From positions 37,448,001 to 37,512,000 of the forward strand of contig NC_043005.1 in assembly GCF_006345805.1 (NCBI RefSeq): DNA of 64,000 nt. The letters are read 5' to 3'. The notes beneath the pieces are model-generated. The model was not told the origin of the DNA and made no database searches. It saw only the letters and a list, made by a program, of their open reading frames with translations. This DNA is from Octopus sinensis (lineage: Eukaryota). Numbering within the stretch: position 1 is the first letter of the stretch; each line of letters starts with the position of its first letter. Made by a program: the position numbers and the translations under genes. This document shows positions 40,670 through 55,929 of this stretch, one piece after another.

Positions 40670-41230
40670 TTGTTTGAATATATTGGATCACTTACTGCAG
40701 ATTACTGCAATGTGAGTGAGATACCAAATGAGCAATTAAATGTTGTTTTCATTATTCAACAGGCGTGGTTGCAAGTAACTGATCCAGTATTGTTTTCCAA
40801 TATTGCAGCTTTGCCAAGAGAATTGGAAAACATTAATTACAGAGGGACTTAAAAAAAAAAAAGTTGATGCCATAGCTGCCATGAACAAAATATACCTCAA
40901 GCCATCAACAGAACCAAAAGACTTTCATTATAATTCTTTTAAAAAGCATTCAAAAAAGCCCTAGTAAAACCATATTGGAAATTTTTCCAAAGTTTCCATG
41001 AAATTGATAAGTTTTCAAAAAGAAACAAACCCAAAAACAGTCAGCATGTCTTCCTGAATTTGCATATTGGCAAGTTTAGGGAACAAATTGTCAGAAAGTA
41101 ATTATACTCCTTGAGGTGAATAATGTATTAATTCATAGTCAAATCAGTTTCCAAATCAGCAGAAGTTACCTCATACAGTTGCTTTAGTTGTTTGATTCTA
41201 TGCTTAAGCAGCCATTCAGCCAACTTAAAT
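40670..41230 (+). mobile_element. CR1-like LINE linker/RT fragment
   Basis: VSEIPNEQLNVVF...ENINY, then EQIVRK*LYSLEVNNVLIHSQISFQISRSYLIQLL, resembling ERIVRKQL...LEVNNLL..SQHGFR.GRSCLTQLL. Confidence 0.6.
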
Positions 41231-42474
41231 ATGGTCAACTCCCTCCTATCTGACGTCATTGTGACTGGAGGATTTGTGAATAACTAAATTTTCTGGGTAG
41301 GTGTGGTTGTATAGTAAGAAGTTTGCTTCTCAGCCAAATGGTTCTGGTTTCAGAGTCACTGTGTGTCACCTTGGGCTACTGTCTTCTATTATTGCCACAG
41401 GCTGACCAAAACCTTGTAAGTGGATTTGGTAGACAGAAATTGAAAGAAGCCTGTTGTATGTATATATATATATACATATGTCTATGTGCATCTGTGTTTG
41501 ACCTCCACCACTGCTTGAAAATTGATGCTGGTGTGTTTCTGTCTCAGTAACTTAGCAGCTTAGCAAAAGAAACTGATAGAATAAGTACTAGGCTTTAAAA
41601 AATAAGTCCTGGGATCGATCTGCTTGACTAAAACCCTTGAAGGTGGTACCCCCAACATAGCCACCGTCAAATGAGTGAAACAAGTAAAAGGAAAGAGATA
41701 AAAGATCTGATGACAATAACTGCACTGTTTACAGTGCCAAACTTTGATCTATTGTGCAGTGTCAAATTTTAAGGTATTTTGAGAGGTAACTGTCTCCTTT
41801 ATTCTTAACTTGTTTCATTCATTAGACTGCACCCATTCTGGTGCATCTCCTTGGAGAATTTTTAGTGGACAAAATTGACCCCGGGTCTTATTTTTTAAAC
41901 CTGGTACTTATTCTATCAGTCACTTTTGCTCACCTCCTAAGTTATGGGGACATAAACATACAAACACCAGATGTCAAGTGGTGGTGAGTCACAAACATAT
42001 AAATGTTTATGTATATATATATATATATATATGATGGGCTTCTTTCAGTTTCTGTCTACCAAATCCAGTCACAAGGTTTTAGTCAACCTGGCGCTGTAGC
42101 AGATAGCACTTGCCCAAGATGCCACATAACTTTAAACATATGTGAGGTTTATCCCACTACTATCTAATCAGTTTTACCAACAATACACATATTGATTTTC
42201 ACATTGGTCTTGAGGTCCTCCCAGGCTAAATCTGTTTAGTTTTAAAGCTGCTGGTATCATGTAATTCTTGTAGCTTTCTACTAAATTAAATAACACTGTT
42301 TAGATGTATATATGCCTTATTGTAGATCTATATGCTTATATAAACATATACACTAATTGGGATATACACCACATATAAACAGTGGTTTTCCTTTCTGTCT
42401 TTGTGTGTCGATGTATGGAAATGTTTGCTTATGTATACACATCTACATACATACATATATAGATTCATACATAC

Positions 42475-42518
<44 letters not shown>

Positions 42519-43444
42519 GCAATTATGTAGATAAACAAATTAAATATGTTAAACATAACAGCCTGGGTATGAAATACAAAATATGTATATTTGTATACAT
42601 GCAAAACAAATGAAAGCAAAGAGAGAACACCTTCAGACAATAAATATTTAATTATAGATATATAAATATTTATATTAATAGATCCAACTTTCACAGAGTA
42701 CAAACAGCAGAGAAAATTAATTCTCTGCTTTATGATCTGAGATATAGGATTTTTTTCAACCCTTATGACAGAGGTTCATCTCATCCATGAATTTATATGT
42801 TGACTGCTTCCACTGTGACCTGCATATTGTGACGAACTACATCTACCAACATTATGATGGATCTGTGAGCCACCAGAAATAGCTGGTAGACTCATAATAC
42901 CTTACTTCTTCTCCTTTAATTTTCTCTATCATTTGTACTCTGTTTAAGTTGGATCTATTAATATAAACACCTACATATGTTTATACTGAAATATTCGTCA
43001 TCTGAAAGTCTTCACTCTTCGCTTTCTCTCATTTTGCATGTATACATATATACATATATACATATTTTTGTATTTTATACCCAATATATTCAATTTGTTT
43101 ATCCACATAGTTGCCTCCACAACTGCTCAACTTGATCCCTCTTATAGCCTTTCTTTACCCTGTGGAACTGATTCCCTGTAAAGATATCAGAGTCTAAGCT
43201 TGAATTATTTCAGTGCTACTGTTTTCTATACTGAGAATCTCTGAATCTCATCTGTTGACTGTATACACACGCATACACTGGTCTTCTTTCTGCTCTTATC
43301 TACCAAATCTATGCACAAGGCTTTGCCCCTCCTGGGCCTATAATTGCTCATTAAAGTTACGCAAAGTTTTATGCTGTTGGACTGAACATGAAACCATGTG
43401 GTTGGGAAGTAAAACTGCTCAGCCTCACAGTCACACTTGGACTT

Positions 43445-43754
43445 ATACATGCACACACACACACACATGCACACACACACACACACACACACAAAGGACA
43501 CAGATATAGACACATACATACATGCATATAAGTATATATAAAGATGTATACATATATACATATATATATGTATGTGTGTGTGTATACATATATATATATA
43601 TATATATACACATACACATACATACATACACATATACACATATACATGTATAAATATCTATATATTTGCATATATCATGATGATAATATATACATATATG
43701 TATGTGTATGCACACATGCACAGACACACGCATACACATATATACACAAGTATA

Positions 43755-43795
<41 letters not shown>
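43445..43795. repeat. (CA)n/(TA)n compound microsatellite
   Basis: Read directly. Confidence 0.95.
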
Positions 43796-43797
<2 letters not shown>

Positions 43798-44991
43798 ATA
43801 AATACTGCGGCAATAAAATGTTAAAAGTATATACGACAATATTTAATGATAGCATAATGAAAGTGTTGTTTGCCTAACAGTCTATTTACAGAAAATATGA
43901 CTACTTATGACTCTAGAAATAGTGAATGTCTAGCATTTATTGACTGTAGTGTATTGCAAGAAGAATTTTGCTCCATTACCATCATATCACTGGTGCCTCT
44001 GTGAAAATATATGTTCTTCTTTTTATAATTATGAGCTATATTTGCGGAAATATATTTGCATATGCATGTATATAAATATATATAACTATATGTAAATATA
44101 AAAATGTCATCATCTATAAGTGTACTCTTGGTGTATGGCTTTTGTTATGTTCTAATATGAGATATCTATGTTTTCTCAAATGTGCTTCTGTATTTGGCCA
44201 GGTTTTAAGGTTAAGAAAAGGGGTGAATAAAACTGTGATATATAATATAATAACATGGGAAAGCTAATATCATGTGGTTGTACTAGAGACAGCATTATGA
44301 GGCTATGATCAGAATGAAAGGTTGGGTATTGAAGGAATCTGCTTTGCAAAACACTTGCTTCCATAAATGTTATGCATGCAGAAAAACACATGCAAACACA
44401 CTTGTGTACATCTGTGTATACATGTGTCTGTGTGTGTGTGTATGTAATTATAAGGTCCAAGGATCTAAGTATAGGAAATTTGTAAGCTTTGAGCAGTCTG
44501 TGGTAGGTATAAAAAAAAAACAACGTCCAGGTACAATAGTAATTTATTGGCATTGAACGTTGTAGGCTTTTCTCCATATTGAAGTTTGATAAGCTGAAAA
44601 ACTTTTTTATAGCACATGGATAGCAACTATTTTTGTGTTATATATATTTTAAAAGCAAGGACACTGGACAATGAGAAAATGTGAATAACATGAAAATAAT
44701 GCAAAGAAGGTTGATGCAAAGATGGAATGAGAAGAAAGAAAACTACCACCCTGTCCTTCCTAATTGCAGAAACAACAATTAACACACTTGGTGTAGAACA
44801 AAATAAGAAAAAAATATGTCAAATCTGCAAAATAGCAACCCAGTCTCCAGCAGGAAGTGCCTTCCAGTTTGACAAAAGAAACTTGTCCATGTGTTTACAT
44901 CTGCTAGAAATTACATTGGATGGAGTACTCTTTTTGTTGGTGCTACCTATATTGATCTATAAACTATATGTGTGTGTGTGTGTGTGTATAA

Positions 44992-45362
44992 GAGTGGCTT
45001 TGTGGTAAGAAGCTTGCTTCCCAACCACATAGTTTTGGGTTCAGTCCCACAGTGTGGCACCTTGGGCAAGTGTCTTCTATTATAGCCTCAGGCTGACGAA
45101 AGCCTTGTGAGTGGATTTGGTAGATAGAAACTGAAAGATGCCCATCGCATAGATGTGTGTGTGTGTGTGTATTTCTCCCCACCACCATTGCTTGACAATC
45201 TATGTTGGTGTGTTCACATCTCCATAACTTAGCAGCTTAGCAAAAGATTATGATAGAATAAATACTAGGCTTACAAAGAATAAGTCGTGGGTTCAATTTC
45301 TTCGATTAAAAGCAGAGCTCCAGCAAGGGTGCAGTCAAATGACTGAAACAAATAAAAGAATA
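44992..45362 (+). mobile_element. tRNA-derived SINE family B with CORE-like domain (representative copy)
   Basis: Head GTGGTAAGAAGCTTGCTTCCCAACCAC..GGGTTCAGTCCCAC and a CACCTTGGGCAAGTGTCTT segment resembling the MIR/CORE motif. It has an internal (GT)n and a GACTGAAACAA-TAAAAGAA tail. Other copies at about 1-92(-), 16795, 20915, 23215-23590(-), 24205, 32025, 40405(-), 41300, 41810-42125(-), 43290(-), 45655, 48418, 51510(-), 55355 and 63525(-). Confidence 0.85.
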
Positions 45363-46087
45363 TCAAACAATTATAAAGAACAGGGTGTCGGGTATACAAT
45401 AGCAATAACCGTGTTAATGCTAAAATGCAACTGGGGAGAAAGATGTGAAGAAATTATTAATAAGATATCTTAGTGTAGTGTATCAATATTGAAATGATAA
45501 ATAACTCTCTCTCTCTCTCACACACACACATAAATGCACATGCACACATGCACACTCTCTCTCTCATATTTGTGTTGACCAAGTTGCTTCATGCTCAAAT
45601 GTAAATACCATGGAATATGTTAATTCTATGATTAATTCTGAGAATTAAAGGTGTAGGTGTTGTTGCGTGGTTAAGAACCCTGCTTTCCAACCACATTGCT
45701 TTAGGTTCAGTCTCATTGTGTGGTACCATGGGCAATTGTCTTCTATAATAGCCCAAGGTTGAGCAAAATCTTGTGAGTGGATTTGATAGAGGGAAACTGA
45801 AAGAAGCCTGTATTTATGTGTGCGCAAGTGTGTTTGTGTTTCCTTGTCCTGACGTAGCATGGTAGTTGTAAATGAATATCCTTGTCATACAAGCAGTGTC
45901 AGTCATTTTCAGTATTTTGTGGAAACATGTCTGGCCATAGGAAAATATCAACTGGCTTGGAAATAGGTGAAGGTTGGTGACAAGAAGAACATTCAGCCAT
46001 TGAAAATCTACCTTGAATAAACTACTTCCAACCCATGCAAGCATGGATAAGGGGACATGATGACGCTGATAAGGATGACGAGGTAAA

Positions 46088-46420
46088 AGGGTAAAGACCC
46101 CATTCGATCATGAATGACCATAGGATTGCACCAAGAAAGTTCCTCCCTGGAGCACAAGTCCGGGCAAGGCTGTTTATGGAAGACCAGCAGTCACCCATGC
46201 ATACCAGTCTTCCCTCTCCATGCCACCTATGTTATGCAAGAGAAAGGCAAAGTCCTATACAACTTGGCACCAGTGACATTGCAACTTATTTCTATAGCTG
46301 AGCAAAATTGGAGCAACATGAAAAAAAGTATTTTGCTCAAGAACACAATACAGTCTCATCTGGGAATCGAACTCACTACCTCGTGATTGTAAGCCTGATG
46401 CTCTAACCACTGAGCCATGA
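46088..46420 (-). mobile_element. SINE family A copy
   Basis: Reverse complement of family A and closely similar to 35590-35915. Confidence 0.85.
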
Positions 46421-47971
46421 CAGGAACTACAATAAATATTAGAACTTCTTCAGTTTTACAATCCAAGATATAAATCCTCAATGTCACAAAACTTTGAAAG
46501 AAAGATGAAGAATCTCCAAGACTTAAATAGATTGGGGAAAATGCATCCCTAACTCAACCTCAAGAAAAGTGATAAATCACAAATATGAAATTATAGATAT
46601 TTGATCAGTTTTTAAAGCATCCCTCTCTTTTGTATTGACACCATGAGACCTTCCATATATGCACACACACACACACACACATGCCATGCTCCTTTTACAG
46701 TGATTGGGGTTGGTATCACAAAAATTGCGCCCAATACACACTACAATGTAGTTGAGAAATGATCAGAGCAGGTGTAAGGTTGGGATTCCTGTTTCATAGT
46801 TGACTATCAATCTCTCTAGAGTCAATGCCACAAAAAATGCTGTCAGCACACTCTGTAAAATGGTTGGTGTTGGGAAGAGCATGGCGACATAGAACCTACG
46901 ATAAAGCAGACATTGAAAATTAATGCATTCCTCTAGCTCATGGGATCCTGCCAAACCATCCAACCCATTCCAGCATAGAAGACGGACATTAAATAAATAA
47001 TGATGATGATGATGATATATGTTTCTATATATGTACACTCGTATATATCATCCTCATGATCATCATCATTTAACTTCCATGTTCCATGCTGGCATGGGTT
47101 AGCTGTTTTGATAGGACTCAGTGGGCCCAAGTATTGAGCCATGCTCCAGAATCTATTTTGGCACGTTTTCTATTAGTGAATGCCATTCCTAATGCCAACC
47201 ACTTTCAGTGTGTGCAGGATACTGTTTTTCATTCTTCCAGTATTTGTGAGGTTGCCATACGACTTGCAAGTTTGTAAACCCCATCACCCATCCAGTATAA
47301 ACACATGTGAGATATTTTGATGTAATTTGAAAACTTCTTGAGAACCAATAATTATTGCTAGCAGGATTTCCAAAATTGGAAATGTGTACAATTGTAACCA
47401 AGCTAAATGTTAACCTATATTGACAGTTTATTCTTGAGAATAATGTAAACTTATATATCTACTAATCTACTGATACCAAAAACAAGAATTTCAAATTTTA
47501 ATCTCTTGGGGCTATTTACTTTATAAATTGTTTAATTCATTTTAATTAAGTCTAATTAAATTGAATCAAATGAAAATAGATAAATCAGACCAATTCTATT
47601 TGTAAAAAATAATGTCTGTTATTCAAATCTCACTAGAATGGAAGAAAAAATGGAAAGAAAGGAAAGACATATAATGTTGAAATTTGAAGACATAAAGAAT
47701 TCATTCCAATTGTTATAACAGTGCAGAACATCAAACTGGTGGTGCATTGTTGAGAAGGTGGAGGTGGGGTGGAAACGTTAGTTTATTGTAGTGAGGCTGA
47801 TGTAGCGTAATATTGTGGATGGGAGGTGGATAGGAGCAATGATGGTAATATCAAATGTGCATTTGGAAATAATCACAGAACCAAGATTCAGCAAGATGGT
47901 ATTGGTCCTGTTCCAACCATTTAAGTGCTTGTTTATCTGCATATAAGAAACTACATGGACTTGAGAGTAAA

Positions 47972-48002
47972 TGTGTGTGTGTGTGTTGTGTGTGTGTGTG
48001 TG

Positions 48003-48045
<43 letters not shown>

Positions 48046-48067
48046 CGCGTGTGTGTGTGTGTGTGTG
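47972..48067. repeat. (GT)n microsatellite
   Basis: Read directly. Confidence 0.97.
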
Positions 48068-50509
48068 CTGGTGTTTTCACTATTTATTTTATCATATTTG
48101 TTGCTGGCTCATTGTTTCCACTTGCATGTCTACAGGTCTCCAGAGATACCATCATCCATGTTGAATTTCAGTATATCATATTCACAATAAATTTTTCTTG
48201 ACACAATTGCTTTTTAGATTAAGCTCACTGCTTTATATCAATTTCATCAAAAGTTATTATTTTACTTTAATAGAATCATTTGCTGTCCTGTACAAACAAA
48301 ACAGCCAATTAAATTGATGTAGCTTTTAAGAAAGTCAGTAATACTTTGTTTGTGAAATTTGCAGTTCAAATCCAACCTAGGACAACCAATCAGATTACAA
48401 AATATTTTCTAGATACAGTTGTAGTTTAAAAGTTTGCTTCCCACCATATGGTTTCAGGTTCAGTCCCACTACATGGCACCCTGGACATGTGTTTCCTAAT
48501 AAAGTTCCAAACCAACTAAAGCCTAGTGAGTGAATTTGGTAGATGGAAACTGAAAGAAAACTATTGTATTTGTGTGTGTGTGTATGCTTCCCCATTGCTT
48601 GACAACTGGTGTTGGTTTGGTTATGTTCAGCAAAAACACCTGACAGAATAAGTATCTGATTTAAAAAGAAAAGTACTGAGGTTGATTTGTTAGGCTAAAT
48701 CCTTAAAGATTGTGCCCCAGCATGGCCACAGTTCAATGACTGAAATAAGTAAAAGATAAAGATAATTATTCGGCCAGAAAACGCTAAAACTATTTTGTGT
48801 TGTCTCTCATTTACTCTATGAGGGAACAATCACCAACAGACTCAAATCCTTATCACTCAGTACTAATTTTGTACAAATTTGGTACAAATTTTAAAAAGCA
48901 GTTGAACAATACTTATTAGTCTTGTTATCTGCTGTCCTCACAAGTTCAAATCTCATTTCTATGAAATGTTGTAATTTAGAGAGAATTAATTTTTAAAACA
49001 AGTAAAAGGAAACAAACTGGGAATAAAAATGTGTGAATTAAACTCTTGCATTTTGAGTTATAATCATGAAACTTGTTTTTCTTTAGTTTCGTATCATGCA
49101 GTAACAAAGCAAAAGTTACTCAGATCTAAAATCTTTTTTTGTTATCAATTTGCAGATACATAATTTGTCAAAACCCATTTTGTTCCTGCTTGTTCTGAAA
49201 AAATTTCTTTTCTTCAGTTGTTATAAGCTGTTCTTACATCAAGTCAAGTAGGAAGCATGTCCAGTGTCTTATACAATCTCAAAACTCTTCAAGCTGGGAG
49301 ATTTGTCTTTTGTTCAGTTACTGTGCATGGAAGACCTGAAACATGGAGAATACTACTCCATACATAGTAGAATACAATTCTTCATTGACAGTTTAATGCA
49401 ATGTCTTTGCTTTAAGTTATCCCACTGATAGGTGAGATAATTTAATGATAAGACGTTGCTATATGGACAATACTCCATTCATTTCATACAAATAATCCAC
49501 ATTTATCAAAGGCTTACACAATTCAACAACCATACAAATAATAATATTGTAGAACAAGCTCTCAGAATGACTATTTTCAAATCATGAAACATTTTTACAC
49601 AAGGAGACTATTTTAATGCTCATAGTTATATCATACTTCTAACTAAAATGTGGGTAGGATCATCTGATAGGATATTTGATATGTATATCAAATACATTAA
49701 GTATTCTTTGTGTTTAAGGAGGACTTACAAATACTTAAGTGCAACAGAATATGACTGCCTCAAATGAAACTTTCTGTTAAGGCAGCATTGAATATATCTT
49801 AGAACAAGTTAATCTCTTTGCAAAAAGCATTAGCCTACAGATTTATGGCAGCTATCTATTATATATGTGAAGATGCGTGAGTTTAAGTTTTGGGCCCAGG
49901 ATCGTAAGGTTTTGACTTTGATTCTCAGACTGGAGATAGAACTCATTATGTCCTTGAGCAATATGCTTCATTTCAACTTACTTGAGTCAAATCAGCTAAA
50001 AATAAGTACTGCCCCATTATTGGTGCATCTCTCTCACCCTCCTGTAGTCACATCCTCAATCTTCTTCTGTGCTAAAGGTGACAGGGTCAAGAGACTTCAT
50101 TGGCACTTACAGCAATTAGCAAAAGCATGGTGCATGGTACCTAGTCATACTCACTCTATAGCATCCTGGTATACTTTACGATGTTAACAGTTAGTCAAGT
50201 ATATACCTGAGTTAATTACAATATATTTTGTGGAAGAGTTAAACCATCACCAGCCCTCAGTCTGGTTGCTTCATTTGGGATGAAGGAAAATGATTGGTGG
50301 AAACACAAACATAAATAAATGGTAGGTGTAATATTCTAAGAATTTGTATGTTACAAGAGTAATTAGCCTAGGGGTTAATGTGTTCAATTTATCGTCAAAT
50401 GGTTGTGGGTTCAATTCCCTGACAAGACAGTATGTTGTATGTTTAAATAAGACAGTTCATTTCAACTTGCTCCAGTCTACTCAGCTGTGAAGAGTACCAG
50501 CCAGGTGCA

Positions 50510-50543
<34 letters not shown>

Positions 50544-50622
50544 CTTCAGATGACACATTCTTGATAACTTGGTGAGTCAAAGCTGAGGATTCAAGAGGAT
50601 GTCTATATATTTGCTCATGGCT

Positions 50623-50660
<38 letters not shown>

Positions 50661-52754
50661 ATGTCCATGTCCTATGCTGGCATGGGTTGGCTGGTTTGAC
50701 AAACTCCAATGGACCCAAGGGCTGCATCATTATCCAGCGTCTGCTTTGGCATGGTTTCTATGGTTGGATGCCCTTTCTAATGCCAACCACTTTTCAATTT
50801 GTACCAGGTCCTTTATTGAAGCCACCAGTATTAGTGAGGTCCCCATGCAGTGTGCAAGACTTATGAACACTGAAAGAGTAGTTTTATGTTTGGAGATGAA
50901 TGGTTAAAAAGTATGAGAAAAGGGGCCAGAGAAGAACAAGTTTCTTGATTTAGAAGAGTAATGTGACTACTCATATTCTAGAAGAAAGGGTGGAAGTGAT
51001 GAGGTGGAGCTCAAGGATGAAGGCAGTTAGAAGTGAGTGGGACAGAGAGAGCATGAGTGTGGGTTGGTGAAGATTGCATGAGAGTATAGAAGAGAGAAAT
51101 ATGGGGATTGGGAGAGGGGGAGGTGGTAAGTGATCCTGTGTAAAGATTAAGTATGGTTGACAGGTGGATGTCATCATTGTAGTGTCATCATTGTAAGGTC
51201 TAATGTCCACTCTTTCATACATGTGTGGCCAAATGAAATTAAATGGAGCAGATTTTCTATATGGTTGGATGCCTTTCCTGTCTCCAATCCTCACCTGTTT
51301 GCAAGCAAGGTAATAGTTCTCATAAACCTTTGAACATGAACAGCACAATATCTAGACATGGCTTCAGGGATCACTGCAAATAAATACACTGCTTATATGA
51401 TGGTGATGTTTGTTTACAATAAGTATGACATACAATGGCAGAGAGAGATCTATTCATGCCCATACACATGTATACAAACGCTACCATGCACACACTCACA
51501 TACACATATATGACAGGCTTCATTCAGTTTCCATTTATGAAACTGCTTGCAAGGTTTTGCTAGCTTTAGCAGAAAACACTATCCTAACCCACAAAGGTGC
51601 TATGTAGTGGGGCTAAAACCTAAAGCCATGTGGTTGCAGGTGAAGTTCTTAAACTCATAGCTATAGCTGCACATTCTAGAAGGACATAATGCTTGAAAAC
51701 AAAAATGAGATGGGACAAATATTGTTGAGGTGTTTTTGATTATAATCTTCATTCAGGTATAACCACACTTTCATTAAGAAGGTGTACATCACTGGTAATA
51801 GAATACTCATCTGACTCATCTATGGGTCTCAACACTATTGCAACAGACACAACAACAGCAACTGCTATTTCAGGCACATCTATTACCATAGCTGCAATGG
51901 CTCTATGTCATAGAAACTAACTTTCAGTGAAAGAACAGCAGCAACAACAACAACCAAAAAATGATTTACCTTGAGGAGTATTTGCATTCTTTTAGATCTG
52001 AGATTACAATCATTTTAATGTTTTTCTTACATCAAAGACACTTTTTCAGGAAACATTTCTTTTCATTTTCTAATTAGAATTAAAAAAAAAAAAAACAGTT
52101 TTTTTTCTTTTATAATTTTGTCAGTTTTTATTAAGTTTATAAAATATATGGGTGATAGAAAAATAAAATTGTTAAAGAAAATACTTGAGTAGAATATCTT
52201 AGGAGATCATTGATAAGATAAGTTTAGTTAATTTGAGCATTCCATTTTTCATTTGGGAGTAATATGAACTGAGCTGAATCAACAATTGGTTACAGCAATA
52301 TTATTCATACATGTATCTAACACCCTGCAGAAAGTTATCGCCACCACACAGTATAATTTCCTCATTTCCTCACATCTATAGATTTAACACAATGTGTCTG
52401 AGAAAAATATGCTTTTAATTCATGTTTAACTGATGTTGGCATTTGGAATTTGCATAGTTATCATACCTTTCATTTGATTCCATTTCTAGTTTTACTAATT
52501 TTTATCTGGTGAGACCTAACCTACATTTGATTGATAGTGTAACACCAGAGAACGGATATGTGTATTAGCTATGTACTTGAGATAGAAATTAAGGGAATGT
52601 TGCAGGCCCCAGTTGTGTGTCAGATGTATTTAATGAGAAAAAAGCCCCAGATAAACATTGCATTTTATACGGAATATCTTTGTCTATGTGTATAAATGTG
52701 TGTTGAGTGTACATTACACATATGTGTGTATATATATATAAAATATACATGTCC

Positions 52755-52905
52755 CTGTTACTTAGCGATTCGGCAAAAGAGACCGATAGAATAAGTACTG
52801 GGCTTACAAAAAGAATAAGTCCCAGGGTCGAGTTGCTCGATTAAAGGCGGTGCTCCAGCATGGCCGCAGTCAAATGACTGAAACAAGTAAAAGAGAGTAA
52901 AGAGA
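52755..52905 (+). mobile_element. Young 3' tail segment of SINE family B
   Basis: CpG-rich GATTCGGCAAAAGAGACCGATAGAATAAGTACT...GGCGGTGCTCCAGCATGGCCGCAGTCAAATGACTGAAACAAGTAAAAG, matching tails at about 17010-17120, 24480-24610, 41570-41700, 45240-45360 and 48640-48765. Confidence 0.8.
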
Positions 52906-54729
52906 TATATATGTATATGTATATATGAATATACATATGTATATGTATATATGAGTACCTCAATCAATCAGCCCCTTCCTCACATTATCCTCTTTCCACT
53001 GATACAATTTTTCTCTCTTGTTATGCAGAACCATCTCACTTGTTAGCCATTCTTCATCCATTAATATTGTTCTCTGTAACCGTATGTTACAGTAACCATG
53101 TTCATCCCTCCCCACCACCACCATTTTGGCCACCGAACTATCTCTCTCCACGCACTATGCCTGTCTATCACACTATGTCACTCCTGGAGCTTACCCAAAT
53201 ATGTCGTCCCTTTTCTCCTGTCAATGCTATTATTATAACTATCTTACTTCTAGTATCCCTCTAGTGTCTCCAAATAATACAACCCCTCCCTTTAACCCTT
53301 AAGTCTTCCCAATCCTTACTGTACCAACCGAACATCTCATCACTGCTATCTATCTCTTTGGAGATACCACCAATTCATTCACACTCACTTCCCTAAATGT
53401 GAGCAGCCACATAACTCCTCTACAACACGAACCTGCTTTATCCCAACTTCTTCCTTCATAGCTTAACATCCCTTTCTTGGGTTTAAGGACTTGCAAGCTA
53501 CATGGTAACCTCAGTAGTGTTGGTGCATGTAAAAAATACCTGGTACACACTGTAAAGTGGTTGATATTGGGCGGGGCATCCAATTCGAGAAACCATGTCA
53601 AAGCAGACAGTAGAGTTTGGTGCAGTTTTCTGATTTGCCAGTTCCTGTCAAACCAGAGCATGAAAGGAAGACCTTAAGGGATGATGATGATCATGTGTAT
53701 GAATCCCTGTCTTCACATCATGAGATGATTGTAAATGAGCCTCACTGTCATAGATACAAAGTTGTTCACTTCCATGAAAAACATATCTGACCATAGTAAA
53801 ATATTGTTTTAAATTTTGGTACAAGGCCAACAAGATCAGGGGAAGGGATCAGTCGATTATATCAATCCCAGTGCTCAACTAGTACTTATTTTATTGACCC
53901 CCAAAAGGATAAAAGGCAAAAATCAGCCTCAGTGGAATTTGAACTCAGATCCTCGAGCTGGACGAAATTCTGCCATGCATTTATTTGCCTGGCATGCAAA
54001 CAATACTGCCAGCTTGTCACCTTTGACCATGGAAAACAAGATGAGGGTTGGTAACAAGAAAGGCATACTTTCAGCAAATTCCATCTAATCCATGCAAACA
54101 CAGAAAAATGGACATTAAACAGAGATGATGATTCAAAAGACAATGTATATCTAAGAGAAGTAAAATGTAAGAGATAAAGAGGGAGAAAGAGAGAGATGGA
54201 GGCTGGTAAGTGATTTTGAGAATCTAAGTAAAGATGAGGAAGTAGTGTTGTTGTTTATTATCATGGTGTTTAAGTGTGTAAAGCTGGTTATATTTCCTTT
54301 ATATTTTACACCATATTTTCACCAAGGATTACTAATATCCACTCTGATTAATATCTGCTCTAATACTGACTGCTATATGATAACCATAGTATAGATTTAA
54401 CACTATAACTACTCACATACAAATACACACACACACACACACACACAGACATCACATATACACATGAATACATGCACAGTTTATTTATGTTTGCTGTGCA
54501 ACATTTTCAGTTTTCTTTCAGCTATATTTAGGAATATTGATTTTTTTTTTGAGTTTTATTAATAGTGAAAGATCCTCCCTGGTTTTTCGAATTAGTTTTA
54601 CTTGGAATTGTTTGGAGTCACACTTCTTTTTCGCCTTATCCTTTGTTTATTTTCTTTTTAATCCTCAAGAAATTGGGAAAATCTGTAAAATTATGACGAA
54701 CCATATCTTCATCATCATCCACGTCATAA

Positions 54730-54731
54730 TT

Positions 54732-54767
<36 letters not shown>

Positions 54768-54877
54768 ATTGTTGATGTTGTTGTTGTTGTTCTTCTTCTT
54801 CTTCTCCTTGTTCGATATATTATAAATTCATGAAGTACATAGTTTATATCAGTTGTGTGTGTTCGATTTTTGCATTT

Positions 54878-54908
<31 letters not shown>

Positions 54909-54986
54909 ATGTATATATATTTATATATATGTGTATGTATCCATATATATATATATGTATGTATATATATATATGTGTGTGTATGC

Positions 54987-55064
<78 letters not shown>

Positions 55065-55105
55065 CATATATATGTATGTATGCACATATATGTGTGTGTG
55101 TGTAT
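54730..55105. repeat. (GTT)n/(CTT)n and TA/TG arrays
   Basis: Read directly. Confidence 0.95.
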
Positions 55106-55929
55106 TGATTGATTGAATTTTTTTCATAATTTTTTTCTTTTCTTTTTGATTTTTCATAATATTTTCTTTCCATTTGTACGAAATATATTAAGCTGAGGAA
55201 GTCTTATATTTGTTAATTATGTGTGATCAATTTTTATTTTTATCCCTTCTCTTGTTTTCTAAAACATCTTTTGTTCCAATAATGTTATGTTCAGCATTTT
55301 TTTTTCATGGATCTCTTTATAAATCCTATATTTGTATTTACTGCATAAGCACAGGAATGACTGCATGGTTAAAAAGTTTGCTTCCCAACCACTTGGTTTC
55401 AGGTTCAGTCCCCACCATATGACACCATAGACAAGTATCTTGTGCTTTATAGCCTTGGGCTGACCAAAACCTGGGGAATAGATTTGGTCAGTAGAAACTG
55501 AAAGAACAGCGTTGTATGAATGTATGTTTCTTCTATTTTAATCATTTAAATTCTTCCTCTGAAGAAGGAACTGGTTTCTAACAAAAGTACAAAGCTCCAT
55601 CTTTGGAATGTAAATAATGAAAATAATGTCACATTTTCAACCGGAGAAAAGTCTTGCAAAATTCTTTCCAGTTCTAATCCATTTTTTTGCTTCGATTTTG
55701 TTTTTAATTTATTCAGATGTATCTTCAAAGTGAGTTTAATATTATTTAATGGAAGAGTGTAGCTGATTGTTATATCTTGTAGATACTTTCTTGTAGATAC
55801 TATAGAAGAGATATCCAGAAGAAATTTTTGTTGTTTAGCCCCTAGTTGATCTAAATCTAGCAGACTTATAATCAAAGCTCTTCCAACCATAGCCATCATA
55901 TATTTTTTTTTTTGCATACCTAGGGCTAC

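Noticed and set aside
40670-40852. Apparent exon-intron structure (GTGAGT ... CAACAG)
   Set aside because: The implied 51-nt intron is very short, and the region reads better as a CR1-like LINE linker.
55727-55850. Possible 13-nt microexon (CAG/ATGTATCTTCAAA/GTGAGT) and terminal exon DTIEEISRRNFCCLAPS*
   Set aside because: Splice-like motifs are common in AT-rich DNA, and there is no linking exon or recognisable protein.
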